From Methanobacteriota archaeon (GTDB lineage Archaea > Methanobacteriota > Methanobacteria > Methanobacteriales > Methanobacteriaceae): 64,000 bases of DNA. Positions within the stretch are counted from its first letter, which is position 1, and the number at the start of each line of letters is the position of its first letter. A program made the translations under genes and the position numbers. The stretch covers positions 64,001 through 128,000 of the forward strand of contig CAWBCJ010000025.1 of the NCBI GenBank assembly GCA_963787255.1, read 5' to 3'. The notes below the pieces were generated by a model. It ran no database searches. It saw only the letters and a list, made by a program, of their open reading frames with translations, and was not told where the DNA came from. Positions 32,558 to 42,319 of this stretch are shown one piece after another.

Positions 32558-32825
32558 GAAGACTAAATAAATTCTAATTTTAATTTTTATTATTTTCAAT
32601 TTTGATATGATTAATTATATGCTATGGAATTATCATTCTTTAAATAATTTTTTTTAAATGGTTATTTTTTTATTTTATAAAGTAGTTATATGATTTTAGA
32701 TGAACAGCTAAAACTTGAAGATGTGGTAAATTTTGAGGAAAAATTCATTAAACCAATAGAAGATCCAAAGAATTAGGGCTTTTTTGGACTTAAAAAAATA
32801 CTAATTGAATAAAGGGATGATATGA

Positions 32826-33618
32826 ATGGTTATGGAAAATATAGACTTTTATTATTTTTCCGGAACAGGAAATACATATTTAGTGGTTAAGAAAATGTGT
32901 GAAACCTTTGAAAAAGAGGGGATTAAAGTTAATATTAATAAAATTGAAGATTCAAATCCTGAAGAAGTCAATTTAGAGCACACAATCGGTTTAGGGTTTC
33001 CAATAGCAGAACTTTCAACTTATGAATTTGTATGGGATTTTATAAACACATTGCCTGAGGCTGAAGGTACAGAAATTTTCATGGTTGATACTTTGGCTGG
33101 GTTTTCAGGCGGTATCGTTGGACCTGTAAGAAAAATTGTAGAAAAGAAAGGATACAAGCCTATTGGAGCTTGTGAAATAATAATGCCTCCAAACGTGTGT
33201 GTTCTATATCCAAGATGAAGAAACTAATAAAAAGAAAATTAAAAAAGGATTGAAAAAAGCCGAAAAATATGCTAAAGCACTAATAAAAGGAAAATCTAAA
33301 TGGGGAAGAGTTCCTGTTATATCAGATGCGGTTTATTACACATCATTACTGGGTCTAAAGGTAACTGAAACAAATTTAAACCAGAAATTGCTCTATTTAA
33401 GCACTGATAAAGAAAAGTGCAGTAAATGCGGTATATGTTTTAAACTCTGCCCAATTGAAAATATAAGAATGGATGAGGGTGAATATCCTGAAAATTTAAT
33501 GCATTGTCAATACTGTTTAAGATGCGCATCTTTCTGCCCGAAACAAGCAATACCATGCAAGATAAACTATAAAGGAAAAACATACCGAGCTGTGAAGGCA
33601 AAAGCATTATTAGAATAA
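32826..33618 (+). CDS. EFR1-family flavodoxin-ferredoxin fusion, split by a frameshift at a GT repeat near 33195
   Basis: YFSGTGNT flavodoxin start, MPPN, then [12 protein letters not shown] and [12 protein letters not shown] in the +1 frame. Confidence 0.85.
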
Positions 33619-33737
33619 AAAAAGTTTTTATATTTCAAAAAAAAATAATTTAGAAAGTTTTTCAAGCTTTATAACCCGAAAATAATTCTTTTCTCCATTA
33701 TTTTATTACGGTCATTCATGGTTACTGTTGGTTGCAT

Positions 33738-33894
33738 TTGATCAAAGCTTACGCTATAGATGCTATAATGAAGATTTACCCTGAAATAAAAGATAGAAAG
33801 AGGGTAATGAACTTTATTAAAGAACAACTAGCTGGTTCAAATCCTAAAAAAAACAAGGGATGCAGCGGCGTGTTTTATTGAAACATGGGGAATA
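33738..33894 (+). pseudogene. 3' remnant of a helical-repeat (HEAT-like) protein gene
   Basis: LIKAYAIDAIMKIYPEIKDRKRVMNFIKEQLAGSNPKK, A8 frameshift, TRDAAACFIETW; no plausible 5' portion. Confidence 0.4.
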
Positions 33895-34017
33895 ACATGC
33901 TATTTTTTACTTTTTAAATTAATAGTTGGCTTAAATTATATTAATAATATCTTTCATATTTTTATAAAATTACTTTTCTATTTTACAACATATATTATCA
34001 GAAACTGGAGAAATTTA

Positions 34018-34408
34018 ATGATAAAGATTAAAAGAATCACAGAATCACCACAAAAGGAAGATGGAATTAGAATAATGGTTGAAAGCAAATGCCCTGAAGA
34101 AATGGACTCTCAGAAGATGGCAGATGTGGATTTATGGTTTAAAGAAATAGCGCCAGAGCCCGGAATGTTACGAGTGTTTGGATGAAAACCCTGCAAACTT
34201 TGATGAATTTAAAGAAAAATATCGGTCCAAGCTCAGGGGCAAAAAAACATTCCAGAAAATTATTAGAGATATGGAAAATGAAAATGGAACAGTTACATTA
34301 TTATATTGTTCTCCAGATAAAGAGCAAAATTGTGCCGCTGTTTTAAAAGAGAAACTTGAAGGATATAGAGTTATAGGTAGAAGTGTAGGCAGAATTCATG
34401 GAGGATGA
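34018..34408 (+). CDS. DUF488 (YeaO-like) protein, split by a +1 frameshift near 34168
   Basis: MIKIKRI...EDGIRIMV...DLWFKEIAP from ATG 34018 (GGAGA RBS), then F.EFKEKY...VTLLY...NCAAVLKE. Confidence 0.8.
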
Positions 34409-34507
34409 ACTTTTTTAATTTAAGATACATTCATTTTTTTTAAACTAAAATTTTACCATTAATCCAAGTGTTTTGAGTTGGATTTATCAAATAAAATAAA
34501 GATAAAT

Positions 34508-35380
34508 CTAAAGAATCTGCGATAATGTAATTAAAGCAACGCCCAAAACCATGACTGAAGTACCGGCCAATCTTTCTTTAATTCCTTTTTCTTTAAAGAC
34601 AAAACGACCCCATAAAACGCCGAATACAACACTAACACGTTTAATGGAAATAACGTAGGCAACAAGGGTCAAACTAATGGCTATCATCTGAAATATGATG
34701 GTTAATGCACTGAAAAATCCAATGGGAAATAAAACTTTAAAATCGGTTTTAATAGAACTGAAATCATGATTTGATTTAAAAAAAATCAATGGAATTATGA
34801 CCATCATCACAAATAAATTGATTGAAAAGGCCCAGAAGATTGGAGAAGAATTTTGAACTCCAATTTTATCGATATTGGAGGTTATGCTGAATAAAAATGC
34901 CACAAACAGCATAAGTTTTGGTCCTTTTTTTCTTAAGAGTGCTTTAAAAGGGCCAAGAAGCCCATCACTAATCTTTGTAATGTTTAGCAGGTATGATCCA
35001 AAAACTATAAACAAAACTCCAACCACGCCTAAAGGAGCTGGAAATTCGCCAAGTATTAAAGGAGAAGTTATAAGGAGAAATAAAGGAGTAAAAGCTACTA
35101 ATGGAACTGTTATGGAGAGATCTGAAACTTTAATAGCCCTCATGTAAAGAATTATTGTGAAAACATTTAGCACTCCATCAATAATTAGTGCTATCCAGAA
35201 ATTGCTGCCGAGGTGGGGAATTCCGAAAATAAAGACTAGTGGAAGTAAAAATGGTAAAGCGAAAAATTTAAAGGAAAATGAGGCTATATATTCATCAACA
35301 GCATGTAAACCTCTTTTACTGAATAAATCTTTAATTGATTCGAAAAAAGCAGTTAAAAAGGCAAATATAAATGCAATCAT
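34508..35380 (-). CDS. EamA/DMT family transporter
   Basis: About 10 TM helices, SDLSITVPL, YVISIKR, FKEK. Confidence 0.9.
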   Translation of the reverse strand: MIAFIFAFLTAFFESIKDLFSKRGLHAVDEYIASFSFKFFALPFLLPLVFIFGIPHLGSNFWIALIIDGVLNVFTIILYMRAIKVSDLSITVPLVAFTPLFLLITSPLILGEFPAPLGVVGVLFIVFGSYLLNITKISDGLLGPFKALLRKKGPKLMLFVAFLFSITSNIDKIGVQNSSPIFWAFSINLFVMMVIIPLIFFKSNHDFSSIKTDFKVLFPIGFFSALTIIFQMIAISLTLVAYVISIKRVSVVFGVLWGRFVFKEKGIKERLAGTSVMVLGVALITLSQIL

Positions 35381-35607
35381 AGAATAAATTATGTTTTAGA
35401 CAGTTGAAATAAATAACTATTTTTAAAAAATTATTACTTATTAATCACTAACTATAGATTTTCATTTACACTAGAATTTAAATGAGATAATATAATTGTT
35501 TAAAAAGATAAAATTTTATAATCTATTTTTATTTTCAACCATATAATTAATATTAATATGAACAAAATAATTACAATACTACCAAGAATTTGTGCGTAGT
35601 GTAAATT

Positions 35608-35786
35608 ATGGTTGTTATTAATAACTTAAATGGCTGTAAAAAAAAGGAATTCAAAGAATAAATACAGTGTTAAACGGATTGGATGTGATTAGAAGTAATT
35701 TCTGCAATCTGATTTAGTAACTGAACCTTATTATATCTTATTTACAGCCACTATTATTGAAAAAAGGAGCGGTTTATTTTGGATAA
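35608..35786 (+). pseudogene. Internally deleted MNT (minimal nucleotidyltransferase) antitoxin remnant
   Basis: KKEFK./KYSVKRIG (N-terminal) joined almost directly to DLVTE...YLQPLLLKKGAVYFG* (C-terminal); stop overlaps the HepT start. Confidence 0.65.
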
Positions 35787-36102
35787 AGATCTTTTTTTCC
35801 TGGAACATATTCTTAGAGAGATGGAATTTTTAGAGGGACAGTTTCCTAAAAATAGTAGGGAAGAACTTAAAAATGACCCTGTTCTTCAGCGGGCTACTAT
35901 AAGAAGTCTAGAAATAATTGGAAATTCTGTAAAATATTTATCTGGAAATTTCAAAGAAAATAATCCCCAAATAGAATGGAACGATATTGCAGAGATGGGA
36001 GATGACCTTATCCTTCGATATTCTGCTGTTGATTGGGATACAATATATGAAATTATCTTATATGCAATTCCTGAGCTTAAAAAAACTGTAATAAAACATT
36101 AA
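35779..36102 (+). CDS. DUF86/HepT-like HEPN protein with degenerate active site
   Basis: LEHIL, QRATIRSLEIIG, PQIEW..IA.M.D.LI..Y..VD; the Rx4H motif reads GDDLIL. Confidence 0.85.
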   Translation: MDKDLFFLEHILREMEFLEGQFPKNSREELKNDPVLQRATIRSLEIIGNSVKYLSGNFKENNPQIEWNDIAEMGDDLILRYSAVDWDTIYEIILYAIPELKKTVIKH

Positions 36103-36290
36103 AACGATTCTAAAAACTACTAATTTAACTTATAGAATATCCATTTTGGAAATTTCATTTTAAAAAAATAGGAAATATAGACTTTACAAAAACACAGAAA
36201 CAACTTAATCTAATTCTTTTTGATTAGAAAAATGAATTAAATGTCTTAAAATCTTTAACAGATTCTTAAATAATCATTTAAAGATAAAGA

Positions 36291-36689
36291 TTATTCATAT
36301 ATTCTTTTATGGTGGTCGTAGTCCATAATTACAACCTGATTGTCTTGCAGATGGTAAATAAGCACAAAATCGCCAACGTGAACTCTCCTTGACCCATAAA
36401 AATCACCGCTTAATGGTTTGTAGTGTTCAGGGTTTTTCTGGATTTGATTAATCTTTTTTACAACATATGAATGCTGTTCAGGATTGTTATTATAAACTTT
36501 TTCCAGTTTCTTCCGGGCTTTATTTGAAATTAAAAGATTAGAAGGATGATCTTCCTCCCACAGCTCCTCAAAAAGCAGTAAACATTCTTTAAAAGTTGAG
36601 CAGTTGCCCTGTTTAACTTCTTCACGTATTTTTTCTATTTCTTTTTGATACCCTGGTGAGATGCGGAGATTTTTAGTTGTTTCTGTCAT
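36291..36689 (-). CDS. RelE/StbE-family toxin preceded in-frame by an antitoxin-like segment
   Basis: C-terminal KKINQIQKNPEHYKPLSGDFYGSRRVHVGDFVLIY...DYDHHKRIYE; about 48-aa N-terminal segment with acidic end. Confidence 0.85.
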   Translation of the reverse strand: MTETTKNLRISPGYQKEIEKIREEVKQGNCSTFKECLLLFEELWEEDHPSNLLISNKARKKLEKVYNNNPEQHSYVVKKINQIQKNPEHYKPLSGDFYGSRRVHVGDFVLIYHLQDNQVVIMDYDHHKRIYE

Positions 36690-36949
36690 AATATCATTAA
36701 TTTCATTTAATATTATTATGGTAACTAAATTTAATAAATTTTTGATTTAGATAATTATCAAAAAATACAGAGTAATATGCATTATGATTATTCCAGGGTT
36801 CATAAGGCAATGAAATTTTTTCATAATATTTTGCATCTTAATTGGAATTTAATTTTTTTATAAACATTTTTTGGGCATGAATACAAGCAAAATATAATTA
36901 ATATAATAAACAAAGTTATTATTAACCTATTAATTAGATGGTGATAACT

Positions 36950-37201
36950 ATGAATGTAGATATGGTAATTCTTGCTTTTCCCGGTAAAAAAGCTGAAAGC
37001 TACGACACTAAAGACGAAGGAATAAATGAAATACTGGTAGAAAACGATAAAGTAAAAATAGATTTTGTTGATCAAGGTAAGAATTGGATTCGTGAAATTC
37101 CTATTTCAAAATTGAGATTCATAGAATACCCTACAAGAACAGTAAGAACTATTAAAGAAGAAAACATTTACAAAGGCCAGGAAGGTGGAGAAATTAAATA
37201 A
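36950..37201 (+). CDS. Hypothetical protein
   Basis: GGTGA RBS before ATG 36950; protein-like composition, no recognised motif. Confidence 0.6.
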   Translation: MNVDMVILAFPGKKAESYDTKDEGINEILVENDKVKIDFVDQGKNWIREIPISKLRFIEYPTRTVRTIKEENIYKGQEGGEIK

Positions 37202-37241
37202 AAACTATAAAATTTTTTTTATTTTAAATAGTATTGATAAA

Positions 37242-37772
37242 TCAAACACTCTTATCTTGTTTAGAAACGCAAAAATGGCACAAAGCGCCAGGCGTATTCA
37301 ACTGTTTTTCTTTCACGGGACATAAATATTCACCATTTTCAAATTTAATTTTAAATCCACCTGGAAATGAAGTTCCAACAGGGTGAATAGAGGCTTCTAA
37401 TATAAATGTAGTGTAGATGGAAACAATTTTTGCTAAACGCAAAAAATAAATCTCCTGTTCGGTTTTAGATTCTTTAATCTGTTTTAATAATAATTTTATA
37501 AACTCCTGAAGATTATTATTATCTATATACCCTTCATAGTTCTCTTTATCTTCTTTAATATCTTTAAAACGAGTAATAAATGCTCTGGTAAATGTTTCAA
37601 CGAATTCTTCCCTGTAACCAGCATGCATATACTTGGCATCTTCTTGAATGTATGCAGAAGCCAGCATTATATCGTGTATGTGAATTTGTGAAGCTTCCTT
37701 CTTTAAAACCCTCAGAAGTTCATTCTTTGAAATTTTACTTGAAAAGTCAAGATCTTCAATAGTTTCGGCCAT
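37242..37772 (-). CDS. DUF2115 (UPF0305) family protein
   Basis: IHPVGT.FPGGF, YLCPVKEKQ, ALCHFCV. Confidence 0.9.
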   Translation of the reverse strand: MAETIEDLDFSSKISKNELLRVLKKEASQIHIHDIMLASAYIQEDAKYMHAGYREEFVETFTRAFITRFKDIKEDKENYEGYIDNNNLQEFIKLLLKQIKESKTEQEIYFLRLAKIVSIYTTFILEASIHPVGTSFPGGFKIKFENGEYLCPVKEKQLNTPGALCHFCVSKQDKSV

Positions 37773-37809
37773 GAAATCTCTCTAAGAGTAAATATAAAAC
37801 TGTATTTTT

Positions 37810-38347
37810 TTAGATGTCGTCATCCTGTTCAGCAATGCAAAACCCGCAAACTGCAGCGGGATTATCCTTCTGCTTTTCTTTTACAGGACATAAATATGTT
37901 CCATTCAAGTATTTAACTTTAAATCCGCCTGGAAACGGCGTTCCAACTACATGTATGGGTTCATCAAGAACAAATGTTGTATAAATGGACACAATCTTGT
38001 AAATCTTAAAAAAGTTGGATTCATTTGATTCTTAATTTTATAAACATTTTCTCTTGTTCATTTAGAAGTTCTAAAGCTTCTTTAAATTCATTTTTATCCA
38101 AAGTACCTTTAAATTTACTTTTATTGTCTCTAATTTCCTTTACTCTTAAGATGAATCCCTTTGAATATGCTTTTAGATATTCTTCTCTATAGTTTCCCTG
38201 AACATACTTTCCTTCATCAACTAAATAGGCATGAGCGGTCATAATATCCATTATGCTGATAGTTGAAGCTTCTTTTTTAAGAACAACTAGGAGTTCTTCT
38301 TTTTTTATTTCCCTTTTAAAATCAATTTCTTCAACTTTTTTTATCAT
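37810..38347 (-). CDS. DUF2115 family paralog, split by a +1 frameshift near 38035
   Basis: LKKEAS...GKYVQ..YREEY N-half joins YKIVSIYTTF...IH.VGTPFPGGF..YLCPVKEKQ..AVCGFC. Confidence 0.85.
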
Positions 38348-38379
38348 TTAAAATCACATAATAATGATTGATTTATAAT

Positions 38380-40470
38380 TTAAGGCTTAAATTTGGCGAA
38401 TTCTTCTTTACCAAATTTCTTCATAATTGATTCAGCAGTTTTAGGGCCAATTCCTTCTATTTTAACAAGTTCATCCTTTGAAACATATCTTAAATCAGTT
38501 CCAAACACATCTACAAGTGCACGGGCACGTTTCCGTCCAAGACGCTTAACACTAACTACCAGTGGGATTAATTCATCTTTTACTCCATAATATAGACGTG
38601 TAGACAGTTTATCTAGGTCTTCAGTGTAAGAGTAAATATTCATTACTCCACAAATATCTTTAAAGAATTTCACCATTCTTGAAGCTTCATAAGCAGCTCT
38701 TCGGGTGGTTGCAGCGTATACATTGAATGCATTTTCAATTCCATACTCACTTCTTTCCTCAATCCATTCTAAAAGAGCTGCTGCTGTGGCTTCATCATTT
38801 CCAATATCACAGGCAAAGATCCCTGATTCGTTTAATTTGTCCATAACAGCTTCTTTACTCTTCCTGCTTTTAAATGAGATTTTGGGCATATCCGGAGTTC
38901 TTGAAATTTCGTATATAAGCTGATATATGTTTATTTGGTCTCGTCTTGCATATTCTTTAAGTCTTACCGCTGTTTCCACAGAATAATTGCTCCTTGCAAT
39001 TAAATTTCCAAAATCTGTAGTTTTAAGCCCTTCTGGAGTTAACTGAATAATTCTGTTATGAACAAGAAATTCAAGTGCATTATTAATCTCATATTCCATT
39101 GTGTCAACAGAAAGAGCGCCGAAAAAGTCATTGGCGTTCATCTGGTAACCATAAAATGTCTCGCCGAAAAATTCAAGGATATCCTGCGGGCTTTTGGCAA
39201 GAGAAGATGCTATCTGGGCTATTATTTGTCTGTAGACTGCGTCTTTATTTTCTATCAGTTTGGAGCTTGTTACTTCTATATCTCCATAAATATAATGATC
39301 TTTTAAATTGTAGGCTTCATCCATAGTTTTGGCAATTAAATATGAATAACCTTCGGTATCGTATCCTGGACGACCTGCACGACCTGACATTTGCTCGTAA
39401 TCAAACACTGGAATGCTTTGAGGCCCTTGCGATGTCCAACGAGTATAATCTCTTATTAAGACATTCTTTGAGGGTAGATTTACGCCATACATAAGGCTGG
39501 GGGTAGCTGTTATCATTAAGAGGTTACCTGCACGGAATTCTTCTTCAACTATCTGGCGTTGTTTGTCAAAAAGACCAGCATGGTGAAATGCAATTCCATT
39601 TTCAACGCATTCGGCAAGTTTTAGGCAGATTGAAGTTGGTCTGGAACCTCTTTTTCTAGGCACGTCCAGTATCTTTTCTGCTACTTCCCTGAAAGCTATT
39701 TTTTTATCTCTTGGAATTTTCCTTTTTACTTTTCCAGAAATATAATTTGCTAGAGATTCAGTAAACCTTCGAGTGGATACAAAAACAAGAATCTGTGATG
39801 AATCTTCAATTGATTCGTTTAAAATTTGTAGAACCATATCGTTTTTGTTTTTTAATTCGTGTTCTTCGGTTATGAGTACATCTTTGTAAAGTGGAACTGG
39901 TCTGTAATCATGCTCTACAACTTCTGCATTTATCCAGCTTGCAAGCTCCTGCATATTTTTGAGTGTTGCAGAAAGTGCAATAATTCTAAGGGCAGGGTTT
40001 ATTATTTTTGATCTGGTGATTGCACATTCAATTGTTGGACCACGCGAATATTCACCAATCATGTGAAATTCGTCAATAATGAGGAGATCAATTTCACGGA
40101 GGGTATTCCATGAAAATCTGGTGATTGCATCAAATGATTCAAATACCATAACTGATAAGTCTGCCGACCGGGGGTGTTTTCCTACTTTAATGCCGAATTT
40201 TTCAAGCTTTTTAAACTCGGCAAGCTTTTCGTTTTGGATTGATATTAATGGAGCTGCATATACAACCTTACCTCCATTTAATATAGTATTTAATGCGGTG
40301 ATTAATCCTAGAAGTGTTTTTCCACTTGCTGTTGGAATGGCTATGATGTAATTAGAGTTATTTTTAAGCAATCCTGAATCTATAACTGCCTTTTGAGCAG
40401 GATTAAGCTCTTTAATTTGAGGATAGCAATCAGCGATTATATCTTTGACTTCCTGATTTAATGTTTCCAT
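38380..40470 (-). CDS. hel308: Ski2-like SF2 DNA helicase Hel308
   Basis: PTASGKT, DEFH, LSAT, FHHAGL, GVNLP, QMSGRAGRP, C-terminal HhH (IEGIGPKTA). Confidence 0.93.
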   Translation of the reverse strand: METLNQEVKDIIADCYPQIKELNPAQKAVIDSGLLKNNSNYIIAIPTASGKTLLGLITALNTILNGGKVVYAAPLISIQNEKLAEFKKLEKFGIKVGKHPRSADLSVMVFESFDAITRFSWNTLREIDLLIIDEFHMIGEYSRGPTIECAITRSKIINPALRIIALSATLKNMQELASWINAEVVEHDYRPVPLYKDVLITEEHELKNKNDMVLQILNESIEDSSQILVFVSTRRFTESLANYISGKVKRKIPRDKKIAFREVAEKILDVPRKRGSRPTSICLKLAECVENGIAFHHAGLFDKQRQIVEEEFRAGNLLMITATPSLMYGVNLPSKNVLIRDYTRWTSQGPQSIPVFDYEQMSGRAGRPGYDTEGYSYLIAKTMDEAYNLKDHYIYGDIEVTSSKLIENKDAVYRQIIAQIASSLAKSPQDILEFFGETFYGYQMNANDFFGALSVDTMEYEINNALEFLVHNRIIQLTPEGLKTTDFGNLIARSNYSVETAVRLKEYARRDQINIYQLIYEISRTPDMPKISFKSRKSKEAVMDKLNESGIFACDIGNDEATAAALLEWIEERSEYGIENAFNVYAATTRRAAYEASRMVKFFKDICGVMNIYSYTEDLDKLSTRLYYGVKDELIPLVVSVKRLGRKRARALVDVFGTDLRYVSKDELVKIEGIGPKTAESIMKKFGKEEFAKFKP

Positions 40471-40604
40471 AATTTTTAGTAGTTCGCAATACTTCTTATA
40501 GTCTTATACTGATTTTCTTAATTCATCAAACTAGGGCATAATTACAAATAAAAACATTTAAAGATGGGTTTTCGATGAATATGTCATTGATAATTATTAA
40601 TTAT

Positions 40605-41129
40605 TCAAAATAGTCTATAAAATCCATTTTCAAATTTTTCCTCGTAGGAAATGAAGAATTGGATTATACCAATTACTATTAGCCAGATTCCAAGAACTAT
40701 AGCCATATAGAATAAACTATACATGTAATAATTTAAAATTAGGAAAATAACCCCCAAAAATATTCCTGTAATTCCAGTGCCCTTTTCTATGGCTTCTTTA
40801 CCAGTAATGGATATAAAACCACTTATTATTATTAATATTCCTGTTATATTAATCCAGATAGTTAAAGGAAGGCCGGGTAAAATTATGTTAAAATATAAGA
40901 ACAGCCCTGTGATTATTGATACTAAAAACAGAATGAAATATAAAGCACTTTCTATTTTATTAAAATTTTTTATATCATAGCTTAAAATAAGCATCCATAT
41001 CCCTAGAAAGGCTGTTCCTAATCCTAATGATTCGTTTATTGTGAAACTTTTTGTAAATAATATTGCAATTACAAAAATACCTACAATTATTCCAACTATT
41101 CCCCTTAAAGTATCTTCAGCCTGGGACAT
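40605..41129 (-). CDS. DUF308/HdeD-like membrane protein
   Basis: Six Gly-rich TM segments, LGIWLIVIGIIQF. Confidence 0.7.
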   Translation of the reverse strand: MSQAEDTLRGIVGIIVGIFVIAILFTKSFTINESLGLGTAFLGIWMLILSYDIKNFNKIESALYFILFLVSIITGLFLYFNIILPGLPLTIWINITGILIIISGFISITGKEAIEKGTGITGIFLGVIFLILNYYMYSLFYMAIVLGIWLIVIGIIQFFISYEEKFENGFYRLF

Positions 41130-41319
41130 ATGGATAAATATATTAATTGTTTAATAAATTTTTTACTATTAATATTACTAATTGCGTGAATCAATTTTTT
41201 AGCCCATAATATTCTGATAGGCATATTCTCTACATTCTAAAATGAATTTTCAATAAGAAAAAGAAAAATATATTAAAAAGTATTAATAAATTCTTATATA
41301 TCTAAAGGAGGTATCATAA

Positions 41320-41673
41320 ATGGTAAATTGGGTAGCAGTAATAATTGGATTTATTTTATCCGTAATATTGTCTACAGTTTTTAGTGTAGCTGGTCCAATA
41401 GGCGTTCTTTTTGGATTATTTATAGCCGGATTAATTGTAGGTTTGATGGTCGGCGATGGTGCCCTTAATGGGGCGTGGAATGCGGCTGTAGCCGGCGCAT
41501 TTGGTGGAATAGTAGCTGCTATTCTCATTGTTATTGGAGGAACATTATTCGCAGGTGCTGCAGGATTTTTAGCAGGAGTAGCAACAGGATTAGTACTAGT
41601 AATATATTTAATAATTCAATCATTAATCCTCATGGGAATCGGCGGAGCTATCGGTGGAGCAATAAAAGGTTAA
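41320..41673 (+). CDS. DUF5518-like membrane protein
   Basis: NW.AVIIGF, GA.NAAVAGAFGGI, GGAIGG; GGAGGT RBS. Confidence 0.75.
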   Translation: MVNWVAVIIGFILSVILSTVFSVAGPIGVLFGLFIAGLIVGLMVGDGALNGAWNAAVAGAFGGIVAAILIVIGGTLFAGAAGFLAGVATGLVLVIYLIIQSLILMGIGGAIGGAIKG

Positions 41674-41718
41674 ATATAAAAAAAATTAGCTCTAAAATCT
41701 CATTTCTAAAAAAAAATT

Positions 41719-42186
41719 TTATTTTTTCTCTTTTTTAACTACAACTATGTCCGAAATCCTTGTTGAAGGATACTGACCATTATCATCTTTTTCAACACTT
41801 TTTACCATGTCCCAAATAGTTAATAGGGCTACACTTGCACCCGTAAGTGCTTCCATTTCGACACCTGTTTTTCCAAGAGATGTAACGCTGATTTCGACTT
41901 CAATATCATTATCATTAACATTAAAACCCACATCAACACCGGTAATTTTAAGGGAATGACATAAAGGAATAAGATGATGGGTTGATTTCACAGCACCAAT
42001 AGCTGCAATTTGAGCTGTAGTAAGCACATTACCTTTTTTTATTTCTTCATTTTCAATAAGTCTAATAGTTTCCTTTTGTAAATGTATTTTACCCTGCACT
42101 ACAGCAGTTCTTTTTACAATTGGTTTTTCAGATACTTCTACCATGTGAACACCTTTTTCTGAAAGGTGAGTGAATGATTTTTCCAT
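41719..42186 (-). CDS. moaC: Cyclic pyranopterin monophosphate synthase
   Basis: KKGNVL, LIPLCH, TGVEMEAL, IWDMVK. Confidence 0.97.
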   Translation of the reverse strand: MEKSFTHLSEKGVHMVEVSEKPIVKRTAVVQGKIHLQKETIRLIENEEIKKGNVLTTAQIAAIGAVKSTHHLIPLCHSLKITGVDVGFNVNDNDIEVEISVTSLGKTGVEMEALTGASVALLTIWDMVKSVEKDDNGQYPSTRISDIVVVKKEKK

Positions 42187-42319
42187 TATATTTTCAACTC
42201 CAATTCATCAAATAGATTAAATTTGATTGTATTAACTGTAACTATAATTAGTATAATGAAATATAAAAAATAATGCCATCAAAATTTAAATTTGAATATA
42301 ACACCCTTTAAATAAATAA

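Noticed and set aside
32690-32812. Short ORF with in-frame TAG suggesting pyrrolysine readthrough
   Set aside because: Methanobacteriales are not known to use pyrrolysine; more likely a gene remnant
33853-34017. Stop-free frame linking the helical-repeat remnant to DUF488
   Set aside because: Low-complexity AT-rich translation; DUF488 has its own GGAGA RBS and ATG
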